A stretch of 64,000 nucleotides of DNA from Endomicrobiia bacterium (GCA_025059805.1 JANXDG010000035.1:60842-124841), one strand, 5' to 3'; counted from the first letter of the stretch, positions 39,472-50,808 are shown. Notes: a model not told the origin generated them from the letters alone. Numbers and translations: made by a program.

Positions 39472-41232
39472 TCATTTGACTGTATTTCTTGTTTTCAAAA
39501 CAGCGCCTTCTGACGCTGAAGTTACAAGTTCAACATATCTTGAAAGCCATCCTGTTTTAAACTTTTTCTCTCTTGTTGCTAACTCACCTTGAAGTCGTGC
39601 AAGACGTGCACCTAACTCTGTAGAAGTGAGCCGTACATTAAGTTTTCGGTTAGGAATATCAATTTCTATAATATCGCCATCCTGTAAAACACCAATTGGT
39701 CCACCGGCAGCCGCTTCAGGTGAAACATGACCTATACACGGACCTCTTGTTCCACCTGAAAATCTACCGTCCGTTATTAATGCAACTTTATCTGCTAACC
39801 CCATCCCTTGGATGATACTAGTTGGGCCTAACATCTCTCTCATCCCAGGGCCACCTTTTGGTCCTTCGTATCTTATTACTATTACATCACCCTTTTTAAT
39901 TTTTTTATGAAGAATTGCGTTCATAGCTTCTTGTTCAGAATTAAACACTACAGCTGGACCTATAAATTTTCTCATTTGTGGTAGTACCGCAGATTGTTTA
40001 ACCACTGCACCTTCAGGAGCAAGATTTCCGTAAAGTATTGCTAACCCACCTTCGGTTGAGTATGGTTTTTTGTATTTAATAACTTCTTCATCTTCTACCC
40101 TACCTTGAGCTGCTATTTCCAATATATCTTTTCCACTAACGGAAATATTTGATTTCAAAAATTTTCTTAAAACATTCAATACTGCTGGTATTCCACCTGC
40201 TTTATGCAAATCTTCCATATACAAATCGCCTGCTGGCTCCAACCTTACTATGTTTGGCACCATACGTGAAATTTCATCAAACAGTTTCAGGTCAAGTTTG
40301 ACACCGGCTTCATAAGCAATAGCTTTAAGATGCAACACTGTATTTGTTGATCCTCCCATTGCTAAGTCTACAACAATAGCGTTGTTAATTGCATTTTGTG
40401 TTAATATCCTCATTGGTGTCAAGTTTTCATAAACCATCTGTACTATACGTCTACCAGATTCATATGCTATACGTTTTTTTTCTGAAGAAACTGCAAGTGA
40501 AGTTGCACAATATGGTAATGATAATCCCATAGCTTCGCATAAACATGCCATAGTGTTTGCAGTATACAATCCCTGACATGAACCTGCCCCTGGACATGCT
40601 CTACATTCTAAATCTTGTAATTCTTCAGCTGTAATTTTACCTGCCTCAAACAATCCTACTGCTTCAAACGTATCCCTAACTAACGATCTTCGTTTACCCT
40701 TGTAATATCCTGCAAGCATTGGCCCGCCGGTTACAACAATCGTAGGAATGTTAACATTCAACCTCACTGCACCCATTATCATCCCCGGCGTAATCTTATC
40801 ACAGTTTGTTAACAAAACTAATCCGTCAAAACAATGTGCTTTTGCCATTGTCTCTATGGAATCTGCAATGAGTTCCCTTGAAGGTAAAGAATAATGCATA
40901 CCTAAATGTCCCATTGAAATACCATCACATACGCCTATTACTCCGAAAACAAACGGTACGCCACCAGCTTCAACTATCCCGCGTTCAATCCAACGTTCTA
41001 ACTCGCGCATATGAATATGTCCAGGCACAATATCGCTATATGCAGAAGCTATCCCTATAAACGGTTTTGACAAGTCTGAACTGGAGATACCTGTAGCATA
41101 AAGTAGCGCTCTATGTGGTGCACGGATACTACCTTTCTTTATCTGGTTACTAACTAAATCTTTACTTGGCAAATGTTGACTTGTTTTTTGTGCTGTAATT
41201 TTCTTTTTGCGAGTACGTTTATGTGTACTCAT
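39472..41232 (-). CDS. ilvD: Dihydroxy-acid dehydratase
   Basis: [55 protein letters not shown]; GGAGG RBS. Confidence 0.97.
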   Translation of the reverse strand: MSTHKRTRKKKITAQKTSQHLPSKDLVSNQIKKGSIRAPHRALLYATGISSSDLSKPFIGIASAYSDIVPGHIHMRELERWIERGIVEAGGVPFVFGVIGVCDGISMGHLGMHYSLPSRELIADSIETMAKAHCFDGLVLLTNCDKITPGMIMGAVRLNVNIPTIVVTGGPMLAGYYKGKRRSLVRDTFEAVGLFEAGKITAEELQDLECRACPGAGSCQGLYTANTMACLCEAMGLSLPYCATSLAVSSEKKRIAYESGRRIVQMVYENLTPMRILTQNAINNAIVVDLAMGGSTNTVLHLKAIAYEAGVKLDLKLFDEISRMVPNIVRLEPAGDLYMEDLHKAGGIPAVLNVLRKFLKSNISVSGKDILEIAAQGRVEDEEVIKYKKPYSTEGGLAILYGNLAPEGAVVKQSAVLPQMRKFIGPAVVFNSEQEAMNAILHKKIKKGDVIVIRYEGPKGGPGMREMLGPTSIIQGMGLADKVALITDGRFSGGTRGPCIGHVSPEAAAGGPIGVLQDGDIIEIDIPNRKLNVRLTSTELGARLARLQGELATREKKFKTGWLSRYVELVTSASEGAVLKTRNTVK

Positions 41233-41351
41233 TTTGACCTCCGCAATTATAAATTTACTTCAACTAAAAAGAATTAACAAACATACAGAAATAAAAATTA
41301 AGGCAAAAAATATAAAGAAAATTTTGTTTATGCTAAAATCAAAAATTATTC

Positions 41352-42953
41352 TCACAAGTTTTTGATACGTTTTAGTAACCTATATTCAATTGCGTCAACC
41401 AATGCTTCCCACGACGCTTCTATTATATTTTCTGAAACACCAACAGTACTCCAAGTTTCATCTTTTGACATTGATTCAATGTTAACCCTTACTTTAGCAG
41501 CAGTACCAGCCTGTGGATTAATCACACGTACTTTGAAATCAACAAGTTTTATATCTTTTAATTCAGGATAATACTTAATTAAAGCTTTTCTAAGAGCGTT
41601 ATCCAATGCGTTAACTGGACCGTCTCCTTCAGCTACAACATGTTCTTCTTTGTCTCCCACAACTAATTTTAGAGTAGCCTCTGTTATAAGCTCATTTTTT
41701 TCTGGTCTAAACTCTACTATAACTCTGAAACCTGTTATTCTAAAAAATGATTTATAAAGATTCAAAGTTTTCAATGCAAGTATGACAAAAGAACTTTCCG
41801 CATTTTCATATGAATACCCTTGATATTCTTTTTCTTTGATTGCTTTAACTATTTTGCTGACATGTTCTTCAGAGAGATCTAACCTAAGCCCATGATGTTT
41901 AAACATCAAACTTGACTTACCTGCGAGTTCTGAAATTAATATTTTTCGTTCATTACCTACAACTTTAGGATCAATATGTTCGTATGTTTTCTTTTCCCTT
42001 GCTACAGCAGACGCATGGATGCCACCTTTATGGGCGAACGCTGACGCGCCAACATACGGTTGTCTATCATTTGGAATTAAATTACAAATTTCATACACTG
42101 ACAATGAAATCTCAGTAAGTTTTCTAAGATTTTCTTTCGGTATAACTTTATATCCCAGTTTCAACATTAATCCAGGAATTACTGAACACAAGTTTGCATT
42201 GCCACAACGTTCACCTAAACCGTTTATTGTCCCTTGAATATGTCTGCATCCATTTTGTACTGCCACAATAGTGTTTGCCACAGCACAGTCAGAATCGTTA
42301 TGTGCATGTATTCCTAATTTTACACTAATTTTTTTTGAATCAAAAAAATGTTTAACATCTCTAACGATAGATGCTACTTCTTCAGGTAAACACCCGCCGT
42401 TAGTATCGGCAAGAACAATACAGTCTGCACCAGCTTCATACGCTATATATAAACATTTTAATGCATATTCTTTATCTGATTTATATCCGTCAAAGAAATG
42501 TTCCGCATCATAAATCACTTCTAATCCGTTGTTCTTGAGGAACTTTATAGAATCATAAATCATATTTATATTTTCTTCTAAAGTAGTTTGTAATGCTTTT
42601 TCTACATGTAGTTTCCATGTTTTACCAAAAATACAAGCTACATCAACACCAGATTTTAAAATTAAATCTAAATTTTGGTCTTGCTGTGGTTTAATATTTT
42701 TCCTACGTGTTGAACCAAATGCTACAATTTTTGATTTTTTAAGTTTTAAATGTTTTACTTCTTTAAAAAACTCTATATCTTTAGGATTACTACCTGGCCA
42801 ACCACCTTCAATATAGTCCACACCTAAATTATCAAGCAATTCTACGATTTTTAACTTATCACCTACGGAAAAGCTAACACCTGGTGTCTGCGCACCGTCA
42901 CGTAATGTCGTATCAAAAACTTCAATTTTTTCTTCTAATTTATTTTTTTTCAT
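41352..42953 (-). CDS. cimA: Citramalate synthase
   Basis: DTTLRDG.Q, EGGWPGSNPKD, YDAEHFFDG, HAHND, GERCGN, FAHKGGIH, IIEASW.AL. Confidence 0.92.
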   Translation of the reverse strand: MKKNKLEEKIEVFDTTLRDGAQTPGVSFSVGDKLKIVELLDNLGVDYIEGGWPGSNPKDIEFFKEVKHLKLKKSKIVAFGSTRRKNIKPQQDQNLDLILKSGVDVACIFGKTWKLHVEKALQTTLEENINMIYDSIKFLKNNGLEVIYDAEHFFDGYKSDKEYALKCLYIAYEAGADCIVLADTNGGCLPEEVASIVRDVKHFFDSKKISVKLGIHAHNDSDCAVANTIVAVQNGCRHIQGTINGLGERCGNANLCSVIPGLMLKLGYKVIPKENLRKLTEISLSVYEICNLIPNDRQPYVGASAFAHKGGIHASAVAREKKTYEHIDPKVVGNERKILISELAGKSSLMFKHHGLRLDLSEEHVSKIVKAIKEKEYQGYSYENAESSFVILALKTLNLYKSFFRITGFRVIVEFRPEKNELITEATLKLVVGDKEEHVVAEGDGPVNALDNALRKALIKYYPELKDIKLVDFKVRVINPQAGTAAKVRVNIESMSKDETWSTVGVSENIIEASWEALVDAIEYRLLKRIKNL

Positions 42954-43017
42954 AATTTAATAAAAAGCAACAAGATTGTTTAAGCGTTTATAAAAATTCT
43001 TAATATAAAATCAATAC

Positions 43018-43608
43018 TTACAACTTACCCTTTGTCGTAGGGATACTACGGATTGACTTCTTCCTACATACTGCCTGACCCAAAGCTCTACCTAAACTCT
43101 TAAATATTGACTCACAGATATGATGATTATCCTCTCCAGCAACAACTTTTATATGCAAAGTAATTTTGCCTTCATTAACAAAAGATTTCAGGAATTCACG
43201 AATTAATCTATAATCAAAAGCTGATTTTTTGTATTCAGGGAAAAATTTTACATTGTAGACGAGATTAGGCCTACCTGAAATATCAACAACAACATAAGAT
43301 AGAGCTTCATCCATAGGTGTTAGGACTTCTGCATACCTGTTTATCCCACTTTTATCACCTAAAGATTTAAACAACGCCGTACCTAAACATAATCCGATGT
43401 CTTCAACCAAATGGTGATCATCAACATCAGTATCACCATACGCTTTGATGTATAAATCAAAACTACCATGGAATGCAAATTGTTCCAACATATGGTCTAA
43501 AAAAGGTATTGTTGTTGAAATTTTATATTTACCTTTACCATCTAAATTAAGTTTTAAACTAACATTTGTTTCTTTTGTTACTCGGTTTACCTTTGCTATC
43601 CTTTGCAT
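43018..43608 (-). CDS. hisB: Imidazoleglycerol-phosphate dehydratase
   Basis: R.TKET, FLDHML, DDHHLVED, PMDE, NHH..E..FK, PTTKG.L. Confidence 0.97.
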   Translation of the reverse strand: MQRIAKVNRVTKETNVSLKLNLDGKGKYKISTTIPFLDHMLEQFAFHGSFDLYIKAYGDTDVDDHHLVEDIGLCLGTALFKSLGDKSGINRYAEVLTPMDEALSYVVVDISGRPNLVYNVKFFPEYKKSAFDYRLIREFLKSFVNEGKITLHIKVVAGEDNHHICESIFKSLGRALGQAVCRKKSIRSIPTTKGKL

Positions 43609-44797
43609 TTGTTTCTCCTGTTATAACAAGTTTCTTTAAACGTTCACTATGCCAATGCATACCTTCAACTTTTGCCAAAGTTATAGCATGTGGTGATAAC
43701 GATTTAACCGCTTTCTGTGAAAGTTTAACAATACTTATTTTTTTTAGAAAACTTACCACGGATAAGCCAGAAGAAAATTTTGCAGTTTGTCCTGTAGGCA
43801 ACACATGTGATGGCCCTGCTATATAATCACCGAACACTGCTGAAGGATGATCTCCATAAAAAATAGCACCAGCATTGTTAACTTTCTTGAGAAAAATTTG
43901 ATGTTTCTTGGTTAACAATGTCAAATGTTCAGGTGCAATGTTGTTTATTAACTCACATGCTTTATCAATGTTAGGTTGATAAATGATTTTTATCTGTGGT
44001 AGAAACTCAAGTGCATAAGTTGTTATAAACTTTTTAACCTTGTAAATAACATTTTTACTAAGTCCTATAAAATAACTTTTTGCGTTCTTGTCATGTTCTG
44101 CTTGAGCAAGAAGTTCATATGCAATCTCTTCACTATTAGATTCCTCATCTCCTACAACTACTACTTCAGAAGGTCCTGCGAGAAGATCTATCCCTACAAC
44201 ACCTACTAACTGTCTCTTAGCTTCCGTAACCCAGATATTGCCTGGCCCTACAACCATTTCCACCTTTGGTACTGTTTGAGTACCAAATGCTAACGCTGCG
44301 ATTGCTTGTACACCGCCTATTTTATAAACTTCTTTTATACCAAGTTTATATGCAGTGTAAAGAAAATAATTCGTAACATTTCTTGGCGGTGTTACCACCA
44401 CAACATTTTTTACTCCTGCAACCTGTGCAGGTATCACTGTCATTACAAGAGTTGAAATATAATTATATCCATACTTACCTCCGGGAATATATATACCTGC
44501 AGATTCTAAAGGTACAAATTTCTGTCCTGTAATAATACCATTATATTTTGTTGTCCATAACTTTTTTATTTTTTTATACTCTTCATTGTGAAATTTTTTA
44601 ACATTCTTGATTGCTAAATCAATAGCAGAAACAAAGTGTTTGTCAAGTTTTTTATTTATATGAACTTTTTCTACTAAATCTTCACTTTTTGTAATACTTA
44701 CATCATCATATAATGAAGCATATTTTATCACTGCTTGATCACCAAAATTTTTCACATCTTCTATAATCTTAGCAACTTTTTTAGTTATATTTGTCAT
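43559..44797 (-). CDS. hisD: Histidinol dehydrogenase
   Basis: G.YIPGG, GGVQAIAALA.GT, GPGN, AGPSE, QAEHD, APEHL, GDY.AGPSHVLPT. Confidence 0.96.
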   Translation of the reverse strand: MTNITKKVAKIIEDVKNFGDQAVIKYASLYDDVSITKSEDLVEKVHINKKLDKHFVSAIDLAIKNVKKFHNEEYKKIKKLWTTKYNGIITGQKFVPLESAGIYIPGGKYGYNYISTLVMTVIPAQVAGVKNVVVVTPPRNVTNYFLYTAYKLGIKEVYKIGGVQAIAALAFGTQTVPKVEMVVGPGNIWVTEAKRQLVGVVGIDLLAGPSEVVVVGDEESNSEEIAYELLAQAEHDKNAKSYFIGLSKNVIYKVKKFITTYALEFLPQIKIIYQPNIDKACELINNIAPEHLTLLTKKHQIFLKKVNNAGAIFYGDHPSAVFGDYIAGPSHVLPTGQTAKFSSGLSVVSFLKKISIVKLSQKAVKSLSPHAITLAKVEGMHWHSERLKKLVITGETNAKDSKGKPSNKRNKC

Positions 44798-44799
44798 AA

Positions 44800-46092
44800 C
44801 TAATCTTCTTGTATTCTTTTAATTTTCGCACCTAAAGAGGTGAGTTTATCTGCTAAATTTTCGTATCCTCTATCCAGATGGTAAATATGAGAAATCTTAC
44901 TAATACCTTCGGCAGCAAGTCCCGCTAAAACCAAAGCTGCTCCTGCTCTCAAATCTGAAACCATAACTTCCGCACCTTTAAGTTTCTCTACACCAGTAAC
45001 GATAGCAGTGTTACCATCTACTACAATATTTGCTCCCATACGGTTAAGTTCTGAAACATGTAAAAATCTATTTTCAAAAACTGTTTCTTTTATTTTACTT
45101 ACACCTTTAGTAATACTCATTAATGCCATAAATTGTGCTTGAAGATCTGTAGGGAAATATGGGTATGGTCGTGTTGTAATATTCTGTGGTTTCAACATTT
45201 TTACCCAACGAATATAAATTTTATCTTCTTCAGTTTCTATTTTTAAACCAGAAGACCTTAATTTTTTTATTACATAACTCAAATGCTGTGGTACTGTTTG
45301 TTTAAGCAAAAGTTCACCTTTTGTGATTCCTGCAGCAATAATGTAAGTACCCGTTTCAATTCTATCAGGTATAACTTTATGTTCAATTTTTGATGATAAA
45401 AATTTTTTACAACCAACGATTCTTATTATATTAGTACCAGCACCTTCAATTTTCACACCTAATTTTTTCAAAAATTCTGCTAAGTCAACAATTTCAGGTT
45501 CAGTAGCTGAGTTCACAATTGTTATTTCCTGTGGTATTTTTGACGCGAATAACATAATATTTTCTGTTGCACCAACAGAAGGATAACGAAACCTCACAAC
45601 ATTTTTCTTAACCCGAGCCTTGTTTTTTATAAACACTTCGTATCCGCCATCCACATAATGATCTACACCTAACTGTTCAAAAGCTTTGATATGAATATCA
45701 ACTGGCCTTGCTCCTATTGCACAACCTCCAGGTAAAGCTGCTTTCACTTTGTTGTAATTAGCAAGTAGTGCACCTGAGACCAAAAAACTTGCCCTCATTT
45801 TTTTTATAAGTTCATAAGGTGCTATTACATATCCCTTTTCTTTATAAGGTTCTCGGTTGGAGATAATTTTTATACATGAATGGTCAACCCAGTATACTTT
45901 TTTACCTAAGTATTCAATAATAGATATTGTTGTTTGTATATCTTTTAAGAAAGGAACATTATACAAAACTACTTCATTATCAGTTAGCAACGATGCTATA
46001 ATTATTGGCAGTGCTGCATTTTTGGAACCAGAGATGATAACTTCACCTTTAAGTTGACTACCACCTTCAATTACATACTTTTCCATAGTCAA
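44800..46092 (-). CDS. murA: UDP-N-acetylglucosamine 1-carboxyvinyltransferase
   Basis: GSKNAALP, MRAS, LPGGCAIGARP, SVGATEN, PDRIE, FPTDLQ, DLRAGA, DRGYE. Confidence 0.97.
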   Translation of the reverse strand: MTMEKYVIEGGSQLKGEVIISGSKNAALPIIIASLLTDNEVVLYNVPFLKDIQTTISIIEYLGKKVYWVDHSCIKIISNREPYKEKGYVIAPYELIKKMRASFLVSGALLANYNKVKAALPGGCAIGARPVDIHIKAFEQLGVDHYVDGGYEVFIKNKARVKKNVVRFRYPSVGATENIMLFASKIPQEITIVNSATEPEIVDLAEFLKKLGVKIEGAGTNIIRIVGCKKFLSSKIEHKVIPDRIETGTYIIAAGITKGELLLKQTVPQHLSYVIKKLRSSGLKIETEEDKIYIRWVKMLKPQNITTRPYPYFPTDLQAQFMALMSITKGVSKIKETVFENRFLHVSELNRMGANIVVDGNTAIVTGVEKLKGAEVMVSDLRAGAALVLAGLAAEGISKISHIYHLDRGYENLADKLTSLGAKIKRIQED

Positions 46093-46934
46093 TTTTTGAC
46101 GACCATAACACGAGGTAAATTTTGATAATCTTTTATCGTTTTAACTACTTTATAATTGGCATTATGAAATATTTTTAAAATCTCATCTGCTAAATTATGA
46201 TTTATCTCAACGACGATAAATCCGTCTTTATTTAATATCTTCTTAGCATAAGTAGCAAAATGTTCGTAAAACTCAATACCGTTATTGCTAACAAGTGCTA
46301 GCTTAGGTTCGTAATAAATTTCTGGTTGTAATTTTTCATATTCTTGTTCTGTTATATATGGAGGATTTGAAATAATAATGTCTAATAAAATCTCATTTTT
46401 AATAAAATACTTAAGTTTATCGGACAAAACAAACTCTATTTTATCTAAAACATTCAACCTATCTGCATTCTTTTTAGCAACTTTAAGTGCATCTGAAGAA
46501 ATATCTGTAGCATACATCTTAATATAAAATGGAATGTTTTTAACAATACTTATAGCTATATTACCACAACCTGTACCAATATCAGCACAAACTTTTAACT
46601 TATTATTTTTTATCAAATCTAAACTTTCTTCTACTACAAATTCTGTTTCCTGTCTCGGTATAAAGATGTTTTCGTCAACATAAAAATTTAAACCATAAAA
46701 TTCGCGTTCACAAAAAATGTATGGCAATGGTTTATAAGTTAAACGTTCAGTCAAATAATAGTTAACAGTTCGGACTTGAGATGGTGTAAGAATTTTATCA
46801 GGATTGGCATACAAATCTGACCTTTTTATTTTAAGAGCTTTTGTAATTATTAAGTCGGTTTCAAAATAATAGGCTGGTGTTATAGATCTAAGTTGTGTCT
46901 GTACATCTTTGTAAATATCTTTTAAAGAATACAT
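46089..46934 (-). CDS. prmC: Release factor glutamine methyltransferase
   Basis: IPRQETE, DIGTGCG, SNPPY, EP..AL; adjacent to prfA. Confidence 0.95.
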   Translation of the reverse strand: MYSLKDIYKDVQTQLRSITPAYYFETDLIITKALKIKRSDLYANPDKILTPSQVRTVNYYLTERLTYKPLPYIFCEREFYGLNFYVDENIFIPRQETEFVVEESLDLIKNNKLKVCADIGTGCGNIAISIVKNIPFYIKMYATDISSDALKVAKKNADRLNVLDKIEFVLSDKLKYFIKNEILLDIIISNPPYITEQEYEKLQPEIYYEPKLALVSNNGIEFYEHFATYAKKILNKDGFIVVEINHNLADEILKIFHNANYKVVKTIKDYQNLPRVMVVKN

Positions 46935-46943
46935 CTTAATTCT

Positions 46944-48032
46944 TTACTCTTTGAATAATTTTGAAAGTTTTTCTTTTAATTCAACCTGCATCAATTCATT
47001 TATTATTGTGTCTAATTCACCATCTAAAATTTCAGAAAGATTATATAAAGTTAAATTAATCCTATGATCTGTAACACGGTTTTGGATAAAATTATATGTT
47101 CTTATTTTTTCAGAACGATCACCAGATTTTACTTGTGATTTTCTTAACTCTGCAATTTCACGTTGTTGTTCTTGTAATTTCAAGTTATACAGTTTCGCAC
47201 GAAGAATTTTCATTGCACGCTCACGATTTTTTATTTGTGAACGTTCATCCTGACATTGAACTACGATACCTGTAGGTTTATGTTTTATACGTACAGCAGA
47301 ATCTGTCTTCTGCAAATGTTGTCCACCATGGCCAGATGCACGAAAGGTTTCTATCTCAATATCGTCAGGATTGACCTCTACTTCAACTTCTTCAGCTTCA
47401 GGTAAAACCGCAACTGTTGCAGCTGAAGTATGTATTCTTCCAGACGACTCTGTTTCAGGAACACGTTGTACTCTATGTACTCCACTTTCATATTTCATAT
47501 ATTTATATACATCTTTCCCAGAAACATAACAAACAACTTCTTTGATACCTCTTAAACCTGTCTGATTAATATCCAAAATTTCAATCTTCCATCCTTTTTT
47601 TGTACAAAATTTTGTGTACATCCTTAACAAATCAGCAGCGAAAAGCGCTGCTTCTTCACCGCCAGTACCTGCACGTATCTCTAATATTATGTTCCTATGT
47701 TGCTGTTGATCTTCGGGCAACAACAATTCTAAAATTTTTTGTTCAAGTTGAGAATATTCTTTATTTAAATTTTCTAACTCTTCGTTTATTAAAAGTTCAT
47801 ATTCTGCATCTGTTACATCCTGTTTTTCAGAGTTCAACAATTCTATTTTTTGTTTAACAGTAACAAGATTATCATATAATGAAACTATCTCAACAATCTT
47901 ATTATACTCTTTGACAATTTCTTTGTATTCTATTGGATTGTTTATAATATTTTGATCTGCTAATTTTTGTTCTAAGTTTTTTTTCTTATTGACTAGTTGC
48001 TCACAATTTTTAACAATGATGTTCCAAATCAT
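46944..48032 (-). CDS. prfA: Peptide chain release factor 1
   Basis: [20 protein letters not shown] (PxT), [13 protein letters not shown]...RVTDHR. Confidence 0.97.
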   Translation of the reverse strand: MIWNIIVKNCEQLVNKKKNLEQKLADQNIINNPIEYKEIVKEYNKIVEIVSLYDNLVTVKQKIELLNSEKQDVTDAEYELLINEELENLNKEYSQLEQKILELLLPEDQQQHRNIILEIRAGTGGEEAALFAADLLRMYTKFCTKKGWKIEILDINQTGLRGIKEVVCYVSGKDVYKYMKYESGVHRVQRVPETESSGRIHTSAATVAVLPEAEEVEVEVNPDDIEIETFRASGHGGQHLQKTDSAVRIKHKPTGIVVQCQDERSQIKNRERAMKILRAKLYNLKLQEQQREIAELRKSQVKSGDRSEKIRTYNFIQNRVTDHRINLTLYNLSEILDGELDTIINELMQVELKEKLSKLFKE

Positions 48033-48039
48033 ATACTTT

Positions 48040-48342
48040 TTACTTCTTAGTTGATCTTTTTGTCTTTAAAACTTTTACTTCTGCTTTTTTGACTTTTTCT
48101 GTCTTAACCTTTTTTGGTTTCTTCTCTCTTGCAACAGGTACAAATTTTTCACCGTATTTCTTTATAAACTTTTCAACTCTACCTGCTGTATCAACAAATT
48201 TTTGTTTCCCTGTAAAATATGGATGACAATTACCGCAAATCTCAAGACGTATCTCTGGTTTAGTTGATCTTGTTTTAAATGTATAACCGCAAGCACATGT
48301 TACTGTACACTCTACATATTTTGGATGTATACCTTCTTTCAT
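48040..48342 (-). CDS. rpmE: 50S ribosomal protein L31, zinc-binding type, with Lys-rich C-terminal extension
   Basis: [32 protein letters not shown]; AGGAGG RBS. Confidence 0.96.
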   Translation of the reverse strand: MKEGIHPKYVECTVTCACGYTFKTRSTKPEIRLEICGNCHPYFTGKQKFVDTAGRVEKFIKKYGEKFVPVAREKKPKKVKTEKVKKAEVKVLKTKRSTKK

Positions 48343-48374
48343 AAAAGTTTTTCCTCCTTATTTAACTAATTTTC

Positions 48375-49274
48375 TCAGAATAAAACCTTTTTAGGATTTA
48401 TTGGTACTCCGTTTTTACGTATTTCAAAATGCAGATGTGGACCTGTAGTCCAACCTGTCATACCAACATTGCCAATAATTTGTCCTTTATTAACCCATTG
48501 ACCTACTTTAACCCTTATTTTAGAAAGATGTCCATAATAAGTAGTATATCCTTTCTGATGTTTAATAATAACAAGTTTACCGTAACCCTCAGCCCAACCT
48601 GCAAAAATTACTTTTCCATCACATGCTGCTCTTACTGCGGCACCGTAACGCTGTTTTAAATCAATGCCTTCGTGATACTTCAAGATGCCAAAAATTGGAT
48701 GCTTCCGTAATCCAAACTTTGAAGTTATACGTGTATTAAACAATGGCAACATGAAATCTTTAAATTTTATGTATACATCAGGTAAAAATATAAGATCTCC
48801 CTTCTTAAGTTTACAAGTTGGTGTTATTTCGTTCACCTGACAGATTTCTTCTATTTTCTTATTAAACTTCTTAGCGATAGCGCTCACTTCTACACCATCA
48901 GAAGGAACTCTGTAAAGCATACCTTTTTTGTTATGAAGTAACAAAATTTTCCCACGATATAATAATCCTACTGCTTCAATATAATTTGTACTACGAATGG
49001 ATGCGACATTAGTGTTAAATTTTTTAGCTAAAGTATATAGATTATCTTTCGCAGGATCATAAATCCAATTAACAACAATTAACCTCTCAATATTGGCAAC
49101 AATTTTTTGTCTTAGATGGTCCAAATATTGCTCCGTTGCGCCATCTGTCTCGTTGAACAAATAGAGATTTTGATTATTCCAAAGATATTCAAAATTTGTT
49201 CTTCTTAGATAATTCTTATGTGCTGCAAAAATATTTAATGTCGCTATAAATAATAATAGTGCTATGTTTTGCAT
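48375..49274 (-). CDS. LysM plus M23 peptidoglycan endopeptidase
   Basis: Start at ATG 49274 gives a signal peptide (MQNIALLLF); two LysM-like repeats; HEGIDL, YGHLS, TGPHLHFE. Confidence 0.88.
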   Translation of the reverse strand: MQNIALLLFIATLNIFAAHKNYLRRTNFEYLWNNQNLYLFNETDGATEQYLDHLRQKIVANIERLIVVNWIYDPAKDNLYTLAKKFNTNVASIRSTNYIEAVGLLYRGKILLLHNKKGMLYRVPSDGVEVSAIAKKFNKKIEEICQVNEITPTCKLKKGDLIFLPDVYIKFKDFMLPLFNTRITSKFGLRKHPIFGILKYHEGIDLKQRYGAAVRAACDGKVIFAGWAEGYGKLVIIKHQKGYTTYYGHLSKIRVKVGQWVNKGQIIGNVGMTGWTTGPHLHFEIRKNGVPINPKKVLF

Positions 49275-50125
49275 TCTACTGTTGAAAATTTCTCTATAAT
49301 TTTTTTTACTTGCCACATAGGTGTGGAAGTACCAGATATGATACCAATGTGTCTATAGTTAAAAAAATCATTCTCTATTTCATCTTCAGAACTGACTATG
49401 ATCACATTATTATTATAGTTTTTAGATATAGTCATTAACTTATTCGTATTTGCAGAATGTTTGCCACCAACAACTATCAATAAATCAACAGTTTTTGCTA
49501 TCTCAACCACTTCTTTTTCTCTATTTATGGTTTCTTTGCATATCGTATTAAACACCTTTATATTTTTATATTTTGTAGTTAACAAATCGCATATCTTTTT
49601 GTATTCATCAACTTGTTTCGTTGTCTGTGATATAACTAAAATTTTGTCATGTTCTAAAATATCTAAATTCTCCGCATCTTCTTTGCAAGTGATTATATAA
49701 CTTTTGACAGATGGTGATACATATGATATTAACGCTGTTATCTCAGGATGTTGTGGGTCGCCATATATTATAACATTATAACCTTTATTTGTCCATTCTT
49801 TAGTTATCTCTTGATTTCTCTTAACAATAGGACATGTACCATCTATTATGTTTATATTATTTAAACGTAAAAGTTCTTCATAAACACTTCTTGCAACTCC
49901 ATGTGTTCTTATCACCAACGAACAACGAAAATTAGTATTAATTATACTGACATCTTCAACTACTTCAATACCTAATCTTTGTAACCTATCCATTTCTTGC
50001 TTATTATGTAAAAGTTCACCTAAAATGTAAACCTTGTTTCCCTTTTTGAGCTCGTTCTCAACAAGATTTATTGCACGGTTAACACCACTACAAAAACCTA
50101 TGTTTTTAGCAACTCTTATTTTCAT
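49262..50125 (-). CDS. ispH: 4-hydroxy-3-methylbut-2-enyl diphosphate reductase
   Basis: GFCSGV, HN, HGV, TCP.V, HPE, SQTT, TIC, SANT, GTSTP. Confidence 0.96.
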   Translation of the reverse strand: MKIRVAKNIGFCSGVNRAINLVENELKKGNKVYILGELLHNKQEMDRLQRLGIEVVEDVSIINTNFRCSLVIRTHGVARSVYEELLRLNNINIIDGTCPIVKRNQEITKEWTNKGYNVIIYGDPQHPEITALISYVSPSVKSYIITCKEDAENLDILEHDKILVISQTTKQVDEYKKICDLLTTKYKNIKVFNTICKETINREKEVVEIAKTVDLLIVVGGKHSANTNKLMTISKNYNNNVIIVSSEDEIENDFFNYRHIGIISGTSTPMWQVKKIIEKFSTVECKT

Positions 50126-50808
50126 ATATTGCTCATACTCTTAACATATTCAACTATTTTATCAGCTACTTGTTGTTGTGTTAAACCAAAAGTGTTAATA
50201 ACAATCGCATTTTCATCAATTCTTAGCGGGTTGATACCTCTGGTCCTGTCAAGTTCGTCACGACGAATAATTGCAGATTTTACTTCTTCAAAAGTTACTT
50301 TATCTCCTTTTTCTACCAACTCATTATATCTTCGCAGCGCACGTTCTTCAACAGGTGCGTCAAGATAAAACTTAAACTTGGTTTCAGGGAAAACTGCAGT
50401 TGTTATATCTCTACCCTCCATTACACAGTTGTATTTCATCCCAATTAACCTTTGTAATTCACGAAGTTTCTGTCTCACTTCTGGTATTGCAGCAACAAAA
50501 TTAACATTAGCAGATACATATTCTGACCTGATTTCTTTTGAAACATCTTTTTTATCCACTAAAACTTTTAACTCATCATCTTCAAGTTTAAAATCAATAT
50601 CAAGAGTTTCAAGTGTTTTTTTTATTGCTTCAATATCATCCAAAGAAATATCGGAATTAAGTAACTTATATGTTACCGCACGATACATCGCACCTGTATC
50701 TACATGAACAAAACCCAATTTTTTTGCTACTAATTTACTGACAGTAGTTTTACCAGCACCTGCAGGACCGTCAATTGCGACAACTATTTTGTTCTCATTC
50801 TGCTTCAT
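50122..50808 (-). CDS. cmk: Cytidylate kinase
   Basis: AIDGPAGAGKTT, DTGAMYR, EGRDI, RD..D. Confidence 0.97.
   Translation of the reverse strand: MKQNENKIVVAIDGPAGAGKTTVSKLVAKKLGFVHVDTGAMYRAVTYKLLNSDISLDDIEAIKKTLETLDIDFKLEDDELKVLVDKKDVSKEIRSEYVSANVNFVAAIPEVRQKLRELQRLIGMKYNCVMEGRDITTAVFPETKFKFYLDAPVEERALRRYNELVEKGDKVTFEEVKSAIIRRDELDRTRGINPLRIDENAIVINTFGLTQQQVADKIVEYVKSMSNI

Noticed and set aside
43559-43608. 50-nt hisD/hisB overlap as a frameshift or recoding site
   Set aside because: Both enzymes are complete and hisB has its own AGGAG RBS; best explained by stop-codon drift adding a short tail to HisD.
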